Shown piece by piece: positions 9,946 to 18,458 of a stretch of DNA of 64,000 nucleotides. The stretch is from the IMG/VR virus record IMGVR_UViG_3300049259_000212; one strand, 5' to 3'. The notes below the pieces were generated by a model, which ran no database searches, was not told the origin of the DNA, and saw only the letters and a list, made by a program, of their open reading frames with translations. Within the stretch, counting starts at the first letter, position 1. Each line of letters starts with the position of its first letter. The translations under genes were made by a program, and so were the position numbers. The DNA comes from an uncultured virus (IMG/VR IMGVR_UViG_3300049259_000212). Lineage: Duplodnaviria > Heunggongvirae > Uroviricota > Caudoviricetes.

Positions 9946-10212
9946 GTGAGCGACGATGTCAACCCAGACACGCACCGCGATCCTCGTCCGACCGTGCGTC
10001 TTGACGCGGCAGATCTGAAGCCCTCGTGGCCGATCGTCATCGCGTCCATGGAGCAACTCACAAGTTGGTCCGTACTCGCGCTTCGCTTGGGCACGCTCGC
10101 ACTGATTCAAGAGTGCGTTCGTGAGCTAGCGCAGCGCGATGCCAAGCCCGAGGCGATTGTTCGGCTTCGCGATCTCGTGGAAGCGCTCGCGCATATGCCC
10201 CTCTCAGTCTAA
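9946..10212 (+). CDS. Hypothetical protein
   Basis: 88-aa ORF. Confidence 0.5.
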   Translation: MSDDVNPDTHRDPRPTVRLDAADLKPSWPIVIASMEQLTSWSVLALRLGTLALIQECVRELAQRDAKPEAIVRLRDLVEALAHMPLSV

Positions 10213-10394
10213 ACCGTGGGCATCCGACGGACATCTGCGAGTCCGATCTCTGCGCGGTAGATTAGCGCGTCGTGCTCAGCATCTGAGGCCTGAGCGAAGC
10301 TTGTCAGTGACTCAAGCACGATCACAGTGTCGCGCTGGATCAGGCGCCAGAACCAGCCGCGGTCCTCATCCTTGAAGATTTCGAACCGCCACAT
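10209..10394 (-). CDS. YegP/DUF1508-like small protein
   Basis: MWRFEIFKDEDRGWFWRL pattern. Confidence 0.6.
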   Translation of the reverse strand: MWRFEIFKDEDRGWFWRLIQRDTVIVLESLTSFAQASDAEHDALIYRAEIGLADVRRMPTV

Positions 10395-10478
10395 CCACTC
10401 ATAGTCTGTCGGTCCTCGAAAAACGGCGAGTTTTCGACCACTGGTGAAACGTGAGGATCGTCAGCTACGATGCTGACT

Positions 10479-11873
10479 ATGAATCCCCGCATCCTTCGCG
10501 AGTACGACATTCGCGGCAACGCCGAAACTGATCTGACAGATGCGGAGGTGCGGGCCATCGGCAGGGCGATCGCGGAGGCAGCGCAGAGTGGGACCGTTGT
10601 CGTTGGCCGTGATTGCCGACTCAGCTCGCCACGTATCTTCAACGCGCTCACCGCGGGCTTGCGCGCGCTCACCGATGTGATCGATATCGGAATCGTCCCG
10701 TCTCCCGTGGCTTACTTCGCCCAGCAGCACTTCCGGTCCGCTGCCACAGTCATGATCACAGGCAGTCACAATCCGGGCGAGGACAATGGCTTCAAGATCA
10801 TGATCGGTGACGAGACTCTTCACGGCGAGGCGATCAAGCGTCTCGGTCAACGGCCGCAAGAGCTGGTCGTTCACAACGTGGCGCCATGGTGGGGTCAAGC
10901 AGCGCGTAGTGTTAGCGAAGCCTATATCGCTAAGGCCGTATCGTCGCTACAGCTTGGGACGCGGAGGCTCAAGGTGGTTGTCGATGCCGGAAACGGCGCG
11001 GGAGGCCCAACAGCGGTGGCGCTTTACACCGAGCTCGGCTTTGATGTCGTTCCGCTGTACTGCACATTCGACGGCAATTTTCCGAATCACCATCCGGATC
11101 CAACGCAGCCGGAGAACTTGTTCGCGTTGACCAATGCCGTGCTCGAGCTTGGAGCGGACTTGGGAATCGCATTCGACGGCGATGCGGATCGAATCGGCGC
11201 CGTGGATGACACGGGCCGAATCGTTTGGGGGGATCAACTCATGATCCTCTTCGGTAAGGCGATCCTAGAAGAGGTTCCCGACGCGACGTTCGTGGCTGAG
11301 GTGAAGTGCAGCCAGGTCCTGTATGACGCGCTGCCGAGCTGCGAGATGTGGAAGGTTGGCCACTCGCTGATCAAGGAACGCCTGCGTGTCACGGGTGCAC
11401 AGCTCGCGGGCGAGATGTCCGGACACCTGTTCTTTGCTCACCGCTGGATGGGCTTCGATGACGGCATCTACGCAGGCGCGAGGCTTCTTGAGCTACTCTC
11501 TCGGAGCGATCGAGCATTCTCCGATCTGGTCTCGGAAATTCCCGCCGCGATCAACACACCGGAGATTCGTGTTCCCTGCGACGACGACCAAAAGTTCGAG
11601 ATTGTCACCCGCGTGACAGCGAGCCTGCGCGACGATCCGACTGTCGAAGATGTCGTCACGATCGATGGTGCGCGGGCTCGGTTTGCGGATGGCTGGGGGC
11701 TCGTGCGCGCGTCGAACACGCAAGCGGCGCTTGTCGTGCGCTGCGAGGCGAAGGATCGCCTGGCGTTGATGAGGATCCAGAAGACGATCAACACGCACGT
11801 CTCTGTCGCCAGAGGATACCGTCGTATGGATCTGGAAGTCTCTCCGCCGGATCACGCCATCAAGGCGCAGTAA
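10479..11873 (+). CDS. Phosphomannomutase/phosphoglucomutase (alpha-D-phosphohexomutase family)
   Basis: YDIRG, TGSHNP phosphoserine loop, FDGDADR metal loop, GEMSGH, VRASNT. Confidence 0.95.
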   Translation: MNPRILREYDIRGNAETDLTDAEVRAIGRAIAEAAQSGTVVVGRDCRLSSPRIFNALTAGLRALTDVIDIGIVPSPVAYFAQQHFRSAATVMITGSHNPGEDNGFKIMIGDETLHGEAIKRLGQRPQELVVHNVAPWWGQAARSVSEAYIAKAVSSLQLGTRRLKVVVDAGNGAGGPTAVALYTELGFDVVPLYCTFDGNFPNHHPDPTQPENLFALTNAVLELGADLGIAFDGDADRIGAVDDTGRIVWGDQLMILFGKAILEEVPDATFVAEVKCSQVLYDALPSCEMWKVGHSLIKERLRVTGAQLAGEMSGHLFFAHRWMGFDDGIYAGARLLELLSRSDRAFSDLVSEIPAAINTPEIRVPCDDDQKFEIVTRVTASLRDDPTVEDVVTIDGARARFADGWGLVRASNTQAALVVRCEAKDRLALMRIQKTINTHVSVARGYRRMDLEVSPPDHAIKAQ

Positions 11874-12277
11874 CGATGAGTCGAAGCAAACCTTCGCCCA
11901 AAGGACGGCGATGTTCATGCGGTAATCGTGTGCTCAGGCGCGATGCACCGTCGCATGACCTGTGTCACCCGTCGAAGGCGCAGAAGCTCCGTAGTCAGCG
12001 CAAAACGCGGTCAGACGATCGGCCAATCAACACGCGGCCCTGACGTTTCATCGCCTCGATCCGAAGTCGTTTCGCCTCCGCGAGGTGCTCACGAATGCGA
12101 CGGAGAATGTCTTCGTTGTGCTGGCTCAGCGGCATGAGAAACGATTGTAGGCCGTGCGCTAGATCAAGAGCTTCGAGTTCCGCAAGTTTTTGGAGGCGGC
12201 GGAACACTGTGCTTTCGCGACGAAAAACAGAATGCAGAAAATTCGCGATCCTAAAATGCGATCGCTACACTGGTTTC

Positions 12278-12439
12278 ATGTCGTGTAAATGCGCTGGTAA
12301 GGCCTCTGTCAATGTCTCTTGTCGCGCGACGTGCAAGCGTCGTTGCCCCACCATCCGCCGCTGCAAGTTCAAGGCAGCCAAGTGGACCTGCCCGTGGAGC
12401 CCCTGCGCGGGCGCCAACGTCCTCACCTGCTGCCGCTAA
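12278..12439 (+). CDS. Small basic Cys-rich peptide (53 aa, 10 Cys)
   Basis: MSCKCAGKASVNVSCRATCKRRCPTIRRCKFKAAKWTCPWSPCAGANVLTCCR. Confidence 0.6.
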   Translation: MSCKCAGKASVNVSCRATCKRRCPTIRRCKFKAAKWTCPWSPCAGANVLTCCR

Positions 12440-12449
12440 GTCGCTAGTC

Positions 12450-12615
12450 GCCCACGAGGCGACATAGGGCTACCACGCGACAGCGTGCGCATGATGCGCG
12501 TGCTCGGAAGTCCGTGTTGCCCGACGGCGAACAGCTGTCTGGACATTCACATACGCCAAAGCCCGGTCGGTAAGACCGGGCTCTGACGCGGCCACCGTTG
12601 GATGACCTCGTGGGC
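12450..12615. ncRNA. Candidate structured non-coding RNA
   Basis: Closing stem gcccacgagg/cctcgtgggc, second stem cgcgacag/ctgacgcg, internal hairpins including agcccggtc-ggtaa-gaccgggct. Confidence 0.45.
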
Positions 12616-12680
12616 TACGCCCGCTGAGACATTACCACGGAGGTTGTAACGCGGAGGTGCGAACACCTACCGCGGCGTAC

Positions 12681-12800
12681 TCATTTGTCGTTTTCGTTGC
12701 TGCACTTGCGCTGCGCAGCCTCTCTGCGCGCGTAGTGTACGCCGATGAGCGTCATCACGACGCCGACGATCGCCAACAGGATCAGGAACACGTGATTCAT
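12681..12800 (-). CDS. Small single-TM peptide (39 aa)
   Basis: MNHVFLILLAIVGVVMTLIGVHYARRE...; hand-translated. Confidence 0.45.
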   Translation of the reverse strand: MNHVFLILLAIVGVVMTLIGVHYARREAAQRKCSNENDK

Positions 12801-12859
12801 TCGGCAAGCCCCTTCGCGATAAATTCGCGACGCGCGATCGACGGTGTTAGCGTGATCGC

Positions 12860-13015
12860 ATGGCTCAATTCTACTCCGCGTTCTCCTGTAACTCCTGCTG
12901 CGCTGCCGTGAACACGGACCGCGTGAGCGTCACCGTGTGCTGCGAGTCGACGCAGCCGTGCTGCATCAATGGTCGTGCGCGCAAGCGCGGCCGTTGCTGC
13001 AAGGCCAAGAAGTAA
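12860..13015 (+). CDS. Small basic Cys-rich peptide (51 aa, 9 Cys, four CC pairs)
   Basis: Hand-translated MAQFYSAFSCNSCCAAVNTDRVSVTVCCESTQPCCINGRARKRGRCCKAKK. Confidence 0.6.
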   Translation: MAQFYSAFSCNSCCAAVNTDRVSVTVCCESTQPCCINGRARKRGRCCKAKK

Positions 13016-13060
13016 CGCGATGTCGCGCGGGCATCGCCCGCTGAGGTAGTCTGAGCCTTC

Positions 13061-13357
13061 ATGGCGAACGACTGCACTGTCGCGAAGTACCTCGAAGTCC
13101 TCGCGCATGAGTTCGTTCGTGAGGACATGCGGCAAAGCGCGAGAGAGTCCAAGCGCGGACGCCCCACCATTTACCGTATGGGCCTTCTGGTGGAGGCACT
13201 TCATAGGGTGCGCGAGGCCGTTGGCAGCCGCACCTCTGGCGACGAGGCTGACAAGGCTGGCTTTCGCATGGCCATGTACCAGAACTTCGAGAAGGACTTC
13301 ACCCCGGTCAAGAAGGTTGTGAAGCAGCTCGACGCAGGCACTTGCAAAATCAAGTAG
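13061..13357 (+). CDS. Hypothetical protein
   Basis: 98-aa ORF with strongly GC3-biased codons. Confidence 0.65.
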   Translation: MANDCTVAKYLEVLAHEFVREDMRQSARESKRGRPTIYRMGLLVEALHRVREAVGSRTSGDEADKAGFRMAMYQNFEKDFTPVKKVVKQLDAGTCKIK

Positions 13358-13385
13358 TCACACGTTCGCCGTAGTAGGATGCGGC

Positions 13386-14180
13386 ATGGCTTCGGCGCAG
13401 GACATTCGCGAGTTCAAGGGTTTTCTTCGACAGGCTTCCGATCGTCAGGTGCAAGGCATCTACGACAAGGAGAGCCGGGCCGGACGTGACGAGTACGCGG
13501 AGCTTACTGTCGAAGAAGCTGAGCGCCGCGGTATTGATCTCGAGCGACACGGCCATGCGCGCAAGAAAAGTTCCGCGCAGCTTGATCGCGAGATTACTCA
13601 AGCGTTGAGCAAGCCGGGTGGCCGAGTACACGCGGCGAAATCGACTTCGAATGGCTCGATGACGATTGGCAACGGTCAATATCGTGTGCTCGTCGCTAAA
13701 GATCCTCATCGCGGAGGCTATTCGGCGAAGCTGATCAGCTCGGGCATCGGAACGATCATGGAGCCGAATGGCACGTCCGCTGCTAAGGCTCTGTCTCGAC
13801 TCGTCAAAGAATTGACTCAGTCTGGAGGCGACGATCGGAAGCTCGCGAAGGAAATCGTCGCGAAGAGCGGGGGTATTTCTCACGCGACAGCAAAGCGCGC
13901 TGTGCCGGGCATTTCCAAGTGGGACACGTTCGCTGGCGGTACGAGCGCCGCACCGGGAAAGTACAGCTACAGCATCAGCGTTCCTGAAGGGAAATACTAC
14001 ATCTCCCCATTCACGCGAGGAGGTGGTCGTCATGCAGGCTACTACCTCAAGTTCGCGACCAATGGAAACGGGCGTCCGCGCGGCGCTCATTCCGGCCTTT
14101 GGCACGAGCTGGGAATTCAGCGCAGCCCCGCGAACGCTGCGAATGCGGCGGCGAAGCACTACGCGAAGGGCTTCGAGTGA
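13386..14180 (+). CDS. AQLDREI-motif multi-module protein
   Basis: GHARKKSSAQLDREITQAL plus VHAAKS and SHATAK linkers. Confidence 0.8.
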   Translation: MASAQDIREFKGFLRQASDRQVQGIYDKESRAGRDEYAELTVEEAERRGIDLERHGHARKKSSAQLDREITQALSKPGGRVHAAKSTSNGSMTIGNGQYRVLVAKDPHRGGYSAKLISSGIGTIMEPNGTSAAKALSRLVKELTQSGGDDRKLAKEIVAKSGGISHATAKRAVPGISKWDTFAGGTSAAPGKYSYSISVPEGKYYISPFTRGGGRHAGYYLKFATNGNGRPRGAHSGLWHELGIQRSPANAANAAAKHYAKGFE

Positions 14181-14422
14181 GAATCGTCCTCTCCGGCAAC
14201 GCGCCGATCGAAGTCTTTCCTTTCGTCGACGCGCTCCATCGCGAGGTGATCATTCGTCACGAGGACAACACCTCGGAGGACATCGAGATGACGCTCGATG
14301 AAGCCGAGCGCGTCGCACAGACGATTCTGCAAGCGGTCGCTGTGGCACGTACCACCGTCGTGCCGATCGATGACGTGAACGCTGTGGCGGAGCTGATCGA
14401 CGCGGCGACAAAGGACATCTAG
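14177..14422 (+). CDS. Hypothetical protein
   Basis: GTG start overlapping the upstream TGA. Confidence 0.55.
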   Translation: MRIVLSGNAPIEVFPFVDALHREVIIRHEDNTSEDIEMTLDEAERVAQTILQAVAVARTTVVPIDDVNAVAELIDAATKDI

Positions 14423-14424
14423 CC

Positions 14425-15336
14425 GTGCCTGGACCCTACTTCATACCCGACGTGTCCTCATGGCAGGGCAACGCGCCCAACTTCGCAGCCATCGCAGCGG
14501 ATCCGCGAATGGTCGGCTGCATCATCAAGTCGTCGCAGGGCCTCGGACCTGGGGTGTCGCCGCAGAACGGCCACTCGCTGACGTGGTTCAAAGATAACTG
14601 GACCCGTATCCTCGCAGCAGCGGGAGCGCGCTACGGATTGGAGTTTTTCCGCGGCGCGTATCACTTCGGAACGCCCACCGCGACGGGTGCTGCGCAAGCG
14701 GACTACATGTTGTTGACGGTAGAGAGCGCGGGTGGTTGGCGCAATGGCGATCTTCCACCTGCCTGGGACCTCGAAGGCGCAACGTGGAGCTCGGCACAGC
14801 AGATCATCGACGTGTCTTCGCAGTTCGCCGAGCGTATCAAGCAGCAGCTCGGCAAGGCGCCCATCCTCTACACGGGCGCGACCTGGAGAAAGTTCGGGCT
14901 GCGCACGCGGGCGGGTTTCGGCGCACTTTGGACGACGCATCTCGACGTCATGGTTCCGTTCGGATGGCCGAACACAGATGTTGTGCTGCATCAGTACGGC
15001 GACGGTAAGTACTACGATCCGCAGGGTCAGCCCGCGCGGTTGATGTATCCGACGGGTGTTCTCGGGTTCGGGACGAACCTCGACATGAACGTAGTGATGG
15101 ATGGCGGACGGCCAGCGACATCGATCGACCGCGTGCGCACTGTGCTCACGGGGCAGGGCGGATCACTGTTCGAGCCATCGTATGAGCCCGCGCCCGGAGG
15201 ATTCTTCTCAAGGACCGTGAACGAAGTGAAGCGCGACGTGAAGGGGCTCTCGACACCCGTACTCGTCGGAGCAGGACTCGGAGCACTCGCGCTGATCGCG
15301 ATTATTGCGAGTTCGGGACGGGACGACACGTACTAG
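14425..15336 (+). CDS. GH25 muramidase (lysozyme) with C-terminal transmembrane anchor
   Basis: DVSSWQG, IIKSSQG, GAYHF, DLE, PILYT, HQY, LDMN; tail VLVGAGLGALALIAIIA. Confidence 0.85.
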   Translation: MPGPYFIPDVSSWQGNAPNFAAIAADPRMVGCIIKSSQGLGPGVSPQNGHSLTWFKDNWTRILAAAGARYGLEFFRGAYHFGTPTATGAAQADYMLLTVESAGGWRNGDLPPAWDLEGATWSSAQQIIDVSSQFAERIKQQLGKAPILYTGATWRKFGLRTRAGFGALWTTHLDVMVPFGWPNTDVVLHQYGDGKYYDPQGQPARLMYPTGVLGFGTNLDMNVVMDGGRPATSIDRVRTVLTGQGGSLFEPSYEPAPGGFFSRTVNEVKRDVKGLSTPVLVGAGLGALALIAIIASSGRDDTY

Positions 15337-15608
15337 TGGCTGTTCACGACGATAACGATCTGATCGTGCAGGCGCATCGCCGGAGTATTCGCCATCGCGA
15401 CGAGCTTGCACGGAGCACCCTCTGCGGCTGCTTCTACTGCCTGAAGACGTTCCCCTTCATCATCATTCATCAGTGGACCGACAACGACGCCACCGCGATT
15501 TGTCCTCGCTGCGGAATGGACAGCGTGATCGGGGACGCTTCCGCTTCCGGGTTTTCAATCGGCGATGCGTTTCTTGGAGCGATGCGGCCTACTGATTTGA
15601 GCGCTTGA
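15336..15608 (+). CDS. Small zinc-binding protein
   Basis: CGCFYC...AICPRCGMDSVIGD. Confidence 0.7.
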   Translation: MAVHDDNDLIVQAHRRSIRHRDELARSTLCGCFYCLKTFPFIIIHQWTDNDATAICPRCGMDSVIGDASASGFSIGDAFLGAMRPTDLSA

Positions 15609-15615
15609 TCAGCGC

Positions 15616-15990
15616 CTAGCGGCGGAGTGACGCGAGGATCACAGCCGGATCTTCACTGCGCGCCCTCCGCAACTCGGGATGATCACGGAGATCGAGAGCG
15701 TTGTCGTACTGCGCGATCGTCTCCTCGACAGCGTTTCCGCCGCCTTCGATACGGGCATGACTCGCGTACCAGTTGTTCACATCGATCTCATGCGTTTGGT
15801 AGTTGTAAGCGCCCTCGAAACGCGCGCCGCACGAGCAATCGATGATGGAGCTGCGATTTCCGGGACCATCCATGAGCGTCCGCTTGAGACGCGGTGAGTG
15901 GTAAGGCGTCCGCTTGTCCTCGGGCACTGGACCTGAAGGCTGCGCGACGTTGCTGACGCGAATATCGTTGATGACCCAATCGTTGCTCAC
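15616..15990 (-). CDS. Hypothetical protein starting with a fragment of the beta-rich repeat
   Basis: SNDWVINDIRVSNVAQ matches the DW.VNDI.V...Q element of the repeat. Confidence 0.5.
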   Translation of the reverse strand: MSNDWVINDIRVSNVAQPSGPVPEDKRTPYHSPRLKRTLMDGPGNRSSIIDCSCGARFEGAYNYQTHEIDVNNWYASHARIEGGGNAVEETIAQYDNALDLRDHPELRRARSEDPAVILASLRR

Positions 15991-16011
15991 CTGGGGATCC
16001 TAGCAAATTTG

Positions 16012-16086
16012 TACCGACGCTCGGACTCGAACCGAGACTGGATGCGGTCTAAACGCACTGCCACTACCAAATTGGGCTACGTCGGC
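16012..16086 (-). tRNA. tRNA-Leu(TAG), short variable arm
   Basis: Acceptor GCCGACG/CGTCGGT, anticodon loop TTTAGAC, T-loop TTCGAGT. Confidence 0.85.
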
Positions 16087-16095
16087 AAGAACAGA

Positions 16096-16647
16096 TCACT
16101 GCCCGTGATGATCGACAGGCTTGTACTCCTTCTTCGCCATCTTCGCGGCGAGCTCCTCGAACGAAACAGGGGCGTGCTTCCAGCAGTCCACACCGACGTC
16201 TGCTTGGAGCAAGTACGGTTCTTCTTTGAGAGATCCGTGCGAGTGACCGTGCAGCTGCCACGCGCCGCGATGACTCTGGTTCCAGACACGCATCGCGTAG
16301 TGCAAGAGAACGATGCGCTGCGATCCAACGGAGATGCCGGCCATGTCCTTCGCCCAGATCCAGTGCTCAAGGAAGCTCTTGTCCTTGCGCAATGCTTTAT
16401 CGTGGTTTCCAAACACGAGGTACTTCTGTCCCGCGAGGCGCTTCACGATCTTCGTCGCGTGCTCGCTGTCGCAGAGCGCGAAGTCTCCGAGGTGATATAC
16501 GCTGTCGCCTGGCTTCACGCGTTCGTTCCAGCCGCGGACGAGCTTCTCGTTCATCTCGTTCACGTCGGCGAATGGACGATCGCTGTACTTGATGACGTTT
16601 GTATGACCGAAGTGAGTATCGGCCGTGAACCAGACCTGGTGCGCCAT
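16096..16647 (-). CDS. Calcineurin-like metallophosphoesterase
   Basis: FTADTHFGH, LGDF, GNHD, HGHSH. Confidence 0.9.
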   Translation of the reverse strand: MAHQVWFTADTHFGHTNVIKYSDRPFADVNEMNEKLVRGWNERVKPGDSVYHLGDFALCDSEHATKIVKRLAGQKYLVFGNHDKALRKDKSFLEHWIWAKDMAGISVGSQRIVLLHYAMRVWNQSHRGAWQLHGHSHGSLKEEPYLLQADVGVDCWKHAPVSFEELAAKMAKKEYKPVDHHGQ

Positions 16648-16660
16648 GGTGTTCCTTTCG

Positions 16661-16735
16661 TATCGCGAGCGAGGATCGAACTCGCACTGAACGGTCCCTC
16701 AGACCGCCGCCTCTACCAAATTGGGCTATCGCGAC
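16661..16735 (-). tRNA. tRNA-Leu(GAG), short variable arm
   Basis: Acceptor GTCGCGA/TCGCGAT, anticodon loop CTGAGGG, T-loop TTCGATC. Confidence 0.85.
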
Positions 16736-16738
16736 TCA

Positions 16739-16810
16739 TACCGACGACGCGACTTGCACGCGCACTGAACGCTTTTTGAAAGCGCTGCCTCTACATTGGG
16801 CTACGTCGGC
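16739..16810 (-). tRNA. tRNA-Leu(CAA), short variable arm, G55 T-loop
   Basis: Acceptor GCCGACG/CGTCGGT, anticodon loop TTCAAAA, T-loop TGCAAGT. Confidence 0.8.
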
Positions 16811-17149
16811 TCAAAACATGCTGCGAGCTGCACTTGCCTACAGGCACAAGTGCAGCGAGCGAAGTCGAACGAGTAGTCGGAACGAGCGCATCGGTGAGAT
16901 CCACATGTAGCGCGACAGCGAGTGGCAGTCAATAAGGTCGAGATCTGCTCATCTTGCAGCGGCCTGCCGACCACGATATCATCGTTCTCGGTACCTACTC
17001 GGGATGCCAGATTTCCTCTCGACCAACCGCACCTTGGTCGCCTACGGAGACGAAGGGGTTGACCCGCCGAGACAACGCTCTTCATTTCTCTCTGCTCGGA
17101 CGAGCATGTCGGTGCGGGATTGCTCGGACGAGTCATCGAGAGGTTTGTC

Positions 17150-18406
17150 ATGAGCGTCAAGAAACGTGATCGTGCGATGCAGCGCGAGGTGCGCGAGCGT
17201 CAGGGGAAGACGGGCGAGAGTTACCAAGCGGCGTACCAGCAGCTGAATCCTTTGCCCAAACAGACGGAGACACTACTTCCGCACACGTGGCGCGAGACGT
17301 CGCGCCCCCTTCATCGACATCCACTTCCCATGAGCAGTGGCCAAAAGGTCTCGCCAGGACAAATTGCAAGGATCACCGCTCGTGTGCAGAGCTTGTCGTC
17401 ATTCTGGCCTGATCGACTACTGATCCATCATGCGGATCGTTGGGACGTTCGTCGTCTTTCTGTAGGCCACAGCAAGGGCCCCTGGTCATCGCTGATCGAA
17501 GACGAGAATCAACGCCGTGTGGCCTCCGTGTTCTCACTCGATACGTGGCACCCCCTGATTCAGCGCGAAGTTCCCTCGTCGGAATCGATCGTTATGGATG
17601 TTACCTACAAAGGTACAAACGATCAGGGTGAGCGGTTCGAGGCCGTTTTGTTCGGCTGGGACGGTCAGCCTCCACCCAACGAGCCCATGCCCTCCAAACC
17701 GGAATTCGCCAACCGCGTCTCGATGCGGACAGAGTCTAAGCGCGTTGTACGCGGTGACATGATCGTCCTTCCGATAACGATCGAACTCGCGGCTCTCTTC
17801 GTGGATCGATTCGCTATCGCGGAGGCAGAGCTCTGGAAGGTGCACGACATCCGAACGCACGGCAAAACGATTTTTCTCCAAGGCGGTGATTTGCCCGGAG
17901 AGATGTTCACGGACGATGCGTCGATCATCTTGAAGCCCTTGGTGGCTGGTGATCGCGTCGACATCGCTGCGACGTATCTCGGCGAGGAAGACACTGCGAC
18001 GCTGATCGTCGAGCTGTCGGGTGTCACGACACCTCCGAAGGAAGAGCGTGCCATCAGCTACTTCTTGCCAATGACCGCGGATCTGCGGCTGCTTCCATTG
18101 CAGAGCGCTGAGATCAAAGCAGAGTCTTCACGTCCCTTCGTCGTCGAAAGACTCGTGATCAGTCATCCGCACGAGTGGACGATTAACGACCTAAAAATCG
18201 GAAATCGCAGCCAACTTCTCCAGAGCGGTGATATTCCAGCCCTCACGTTTTCAAAGCAGGCCATCGGCTGCGATCTTACGCTCGAGAGCGTTCCATCACG
18301 AGTGAACCTTGTGATCATTGCAACGTACGACGAAGCTGGCGACAAAGAAGGCGCGTCCTTCTGGTGTGGAGCGCAGGGTCGCTGCGCCCCGGAATCCGTT
18401 ACCTGA
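17150..18406 (+). CDS. Protein with three copies of the beta-rich repeated domain
   Basis: LPMSSGQKVSPGQIARITAR..., LWKVHDIR...LQGGDLPGEMF..., LPMTADLRLLPLQSAEI...EWTINDLKIGNRSQLLQSGDIP; N-terminal REVRERQGKTGESYQAA. Confidence 0.8.
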   Translation: MSVKKRDRAMQREVRERQGKTGESYQAAYQQLNPLPKQTETLLPHTWRETSRPLHRHPLPMSSGQKVSPGQIARITARVQSLSSFWPDRLLIHHADRWDVRRLSVGHSKGPWSSLIEDENQRRVASVFSLDTWHPLIQREVPSSESIVMDVTYKGTNDQGERFEAVLFGWDGQPPPNEPMPSKPEFANRVSMRTESKRVVRGDMIVLPITIELAALFVDRFAIAEAELWKVHDIRTHGKTIFLQGGDLPGEMFTDDASIILKPLVAGDRVDIAATYLGEEDTATLIVELSGVTTPPKEERAISYFLPMTADLRLLPLQSAEIKAESSRPFVVERLVISHPHEWTINDLKIGNRSQLLQSGDIPALTFSKQAIGCDLTLESVPSRVNLVIIATYDEAGDKEGASFWCGAQGRCAPESVT

Positions 18407-18458
18407 CCAATCACAACTGCGAAGGATCGAAGGCACTCACGCGAAGCGCGAAGGTACC

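Noticed and set aside
16009..16779. 256-aa plus-strand ORF
   Set aside because: It overlaps Leu tRNAs and the metallophosphoesterase on the opposite strand.
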